64,000 nt of DNA, from contig CAYZDF010000005.1 in assembly GCA_964477085.1 (NCBI GenBank), positions 1,233 to 65,232 of the forward strand, written 5' to 3'. A program made the position numbers and the translations under genes. Under the pieces are notes generated by a model, which did no database searches, was not told the DNA's origin, and was given only the letters and a program-made list of their open reading frames with translations. Positions 62,811 to 64,000 of the stretch are shown piece by piece. Positions within the stretch are counted from its first letter, which is position 1; each line of letters opens with the position of its first letter. This DNA is from an uncultured Gracilibacteraceae bacterium. GTDB lineage: Bacteria > Bacillota > Desulfitobacteriia > Desulfitobacteriales > Syntrophobotulaceae.

Positions 62811-63698
62811 ATGGCTGTTAAAAAAGTTAAATTTGACTTCTATCAACTCATTTTTCCTGATGATTTTCAGGATAATCTTGCGGTGTTGTTAGATCATACT
62901 TTTCCTGCAGATGTTGGGAAAAGTGCAAAGGATTCAGGTCAATATATCCGACTTGAAAGTTATAAAAGACATACTCAGGTAAGATATGGTGTTATCAGTA
63001 AGTTTAATATTGATGTTCTTCCTCCTAAAGCTTGTATTACTAAGCCTGGCCTGGAATCATTAGGTCTTAATGATGATGAAGGGGTAGCAAATCTTACCGG
63101 TTATTTGATAGCTCCCAAATATAACGTTGTTATCCTGCAAAGGAGTCAACAAGGCGTTAGAACGGGAAGTTTTCTTCATATGCTTGAGAAAATAACTGGT
63201 CTTCGTGGATTAGAACTCTCTATTATTCTGGAACCGGACGTAATTGCAAAATTTAATAAAATGCAGATGATCTCCAAGTTTGTTTATAAAGTATCTAACC
63301 CTCAACTGCCGATAGACTTCAAAGAAATGTCGATAGAACATGCTAGTAATATAAGCCGAACATATAATGCAAGAAATGTCTCTATTGAATTGAGTATGGG
63401 AATAGGTAAAAAGACCAGCCCACTTTCAAAGCAAGAGATATCACGTACCGTAAGAAATCTCTTAAGAATCAATAAAAGTGCTGATCAATCTGTTCCAGAG
63501 ATATATAGTTTGACTGTCCGGGGCAAGGAAAATGAAGATGAAAAGATTGAACCACTAGATTTACTAAAGGGACGGTTATATAATGAAGTTGAAATCGGTA
63601 TAATTGATAGAGGTATTCCGCAGTCTGCATTAGAAAATGCCGCTTTAGCGTCATATGATAGTAAGGAAGAGGATTTGGAACACTATAAGCCTCTATGA
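62811..63698 (+). CDS. Orphan 295-aa protein, no recognisable family (candidate defence-module component)
   Basis: RBS AGGAGGG. AT-rich coding sequence. No catalytic motif recognised by eye. Confidence 0.6.
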   Translation: MAVKKVKFDFYQLIFPDDFQDNLAVLLDHTFPADVGKSAKDSGQYIRLESYKRHTQVRYGVISKFNIDVLPPKACITKPGLESLGLNDDEGVANLTGYLIAPKYNVVILQRSQQGVRTGSFLHMLEKITGLRGLELSIILEPDVIAKFNKMQMISKFVYKVSNPQLPIDFKEMSIEHASNISRTYNARNVSIELSMGIGKKTSPLSKQEISRTVRNLLRINKSADQSVPEIYSLTVRGKENEDEKIEPLDLLKGRLYNEVEIGIIDRGIPQSALENAALASYDSKEEDLEHYKPL

Positions 63699-63719
63699 AA
63701 TTGGAAGGAGTAATGAATT

Positions 63720-64000
63720 GTGTTTATTAGGGGAATAGCTATGGAAAGGTTCTATCCCTTAGCGTGTGCAATGGTAATTACTCTTATAGCAGTCTTCTTA
63801 AAATTTAGCTTATTGTCTTATCTTTCGTCTTTACCAAATATTATGGGAACTGTTGTTACCATCACTTCTATCTTTATCGGTTTTCTAAGCACACTGGCCG
63901 GGATCCTGTTGTCTAGCAATAGCAAAGCAATAAGATTTTTGAAAAGAATAGATAAACTATCCGGTTTAGTTCGGTATATTCGACTGGCAATCGAATGGCT
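63720..64000 (+). CDS. Polytopic membrane protein, 3' end beyond the window (partner of 62811..63698)
   Basis: GTG 63720 lies 9 nt after GGAAGGAG and 21 nt after the upstream stop. MFIRGIAMERFYPLACAMVITLIAVFLKFSLLSYLSSLPNIMGTVVTITSIFIGFLSTLAGILL... Not in the ORF track because it is open-ended. Confidence 0.55.
   Translation, partial: MFIRGIAMERFYPLACAMVITLIAVFLKFSLLSYLSSLPNIMGTVVTITSIFIGFLSTLAGILLSSNSKAIRFLKRIDKLSGLVRYIRLAIEW

Larger units (their letters stand above)
28687..64000 (-). mobile_element. Mu-like transposable prophage (right end at about 28687; left end beyond the window)
   Basis: Collinear minus-strand set: Ner-like, MuA-like DDE transposase, MuB-like ATPase, Gam, GemA, Mor, gp27-like, TerL, DUF935-like portal, MuF, protease/scaffold I, gpT major head, gp36-like, gpG-like, sheath/tube/TMP and baseplate gp44-48-like. 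Repressor is divergent. Terminus begins 5'-TG. Confidence 0.85.

Noticed and set aside
1-64000. tRNA, rRNA, tmRNA, CRISPR, reverse transcriptase/retron or DGR components
   Set aside because: The intergenic regions were read on both strands. No cloverleaf-like or rRNA-like sequence, no spaced repeat array and no RT-like ORF was found.

Overview
The window looks like a low-GC Gram-positive (Clostridia-like) chromosome; taxonomy is a guess based on CWB2 and SPOR domains, strong AGGAGG ribosome-binding sites and frequent GTG/TTG starts. It splits into two parts.

**1-28686, host DNA.** This part holds a minus-strand cell-wall or surface glycan locus. It encodes three GT4 glycosyltransferases, a Wzx flippase, two Wzy-like polymerases and a WbpA/B/D/E-like set for a 2,3-diacetamido uronic acid sugar, plus a CapD-like dehydratase. 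Next come a Y1 (IS200/RayT-like) transposase bracketed by inverted arrays of a GAGACAAGGGG repeat, and two tandem paralogous secreted SLT + CWB2 wall proteins. Two anchored unknowns, galU, clpP (with a CtsR box), hsp20, a sugar nucleotidyltransferase and a UgtP-like glycolipid synthase follow.

**28687 to beyond 64000, prophage.** This is a Mu-like transposable prophage lying on the minus strand. It carries a MuA-like DDE transposase, a MuB-like ATPase, Ner-like, Gam, GemA and Mor genes, and a gp27/terminase/portal/MuF/protease-scaffold/gpT head module. A contractile tail and baseplate follow. A LexA-like repressor faces the early promoter. The right end starts with TG and carries TTCGCAAAA repeats; the left end is not inside the window.

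**Most interesting items**
- An orphan 295-aa protein plus a membrane partner next to the repressor, a candidate defence module truncated by the window edge.
- A papain-like peptidase-SPOR fusion and a DUF4031-like gene inserted in the baseplate operon.
- An antisense small membrane ORF between the tail chaperone and the tape measure.
- Helically phased TAACGC repeats near the predicted genome centre.
- A predicted promoter overlapping a terminator just downstream of mor.
- A DUF2829 (Tad2-like) gene at the right end.

No rRNA, tRNA or CRISPR array was seen. All family calls are by-eye motif recognition and need HMM confirmation.
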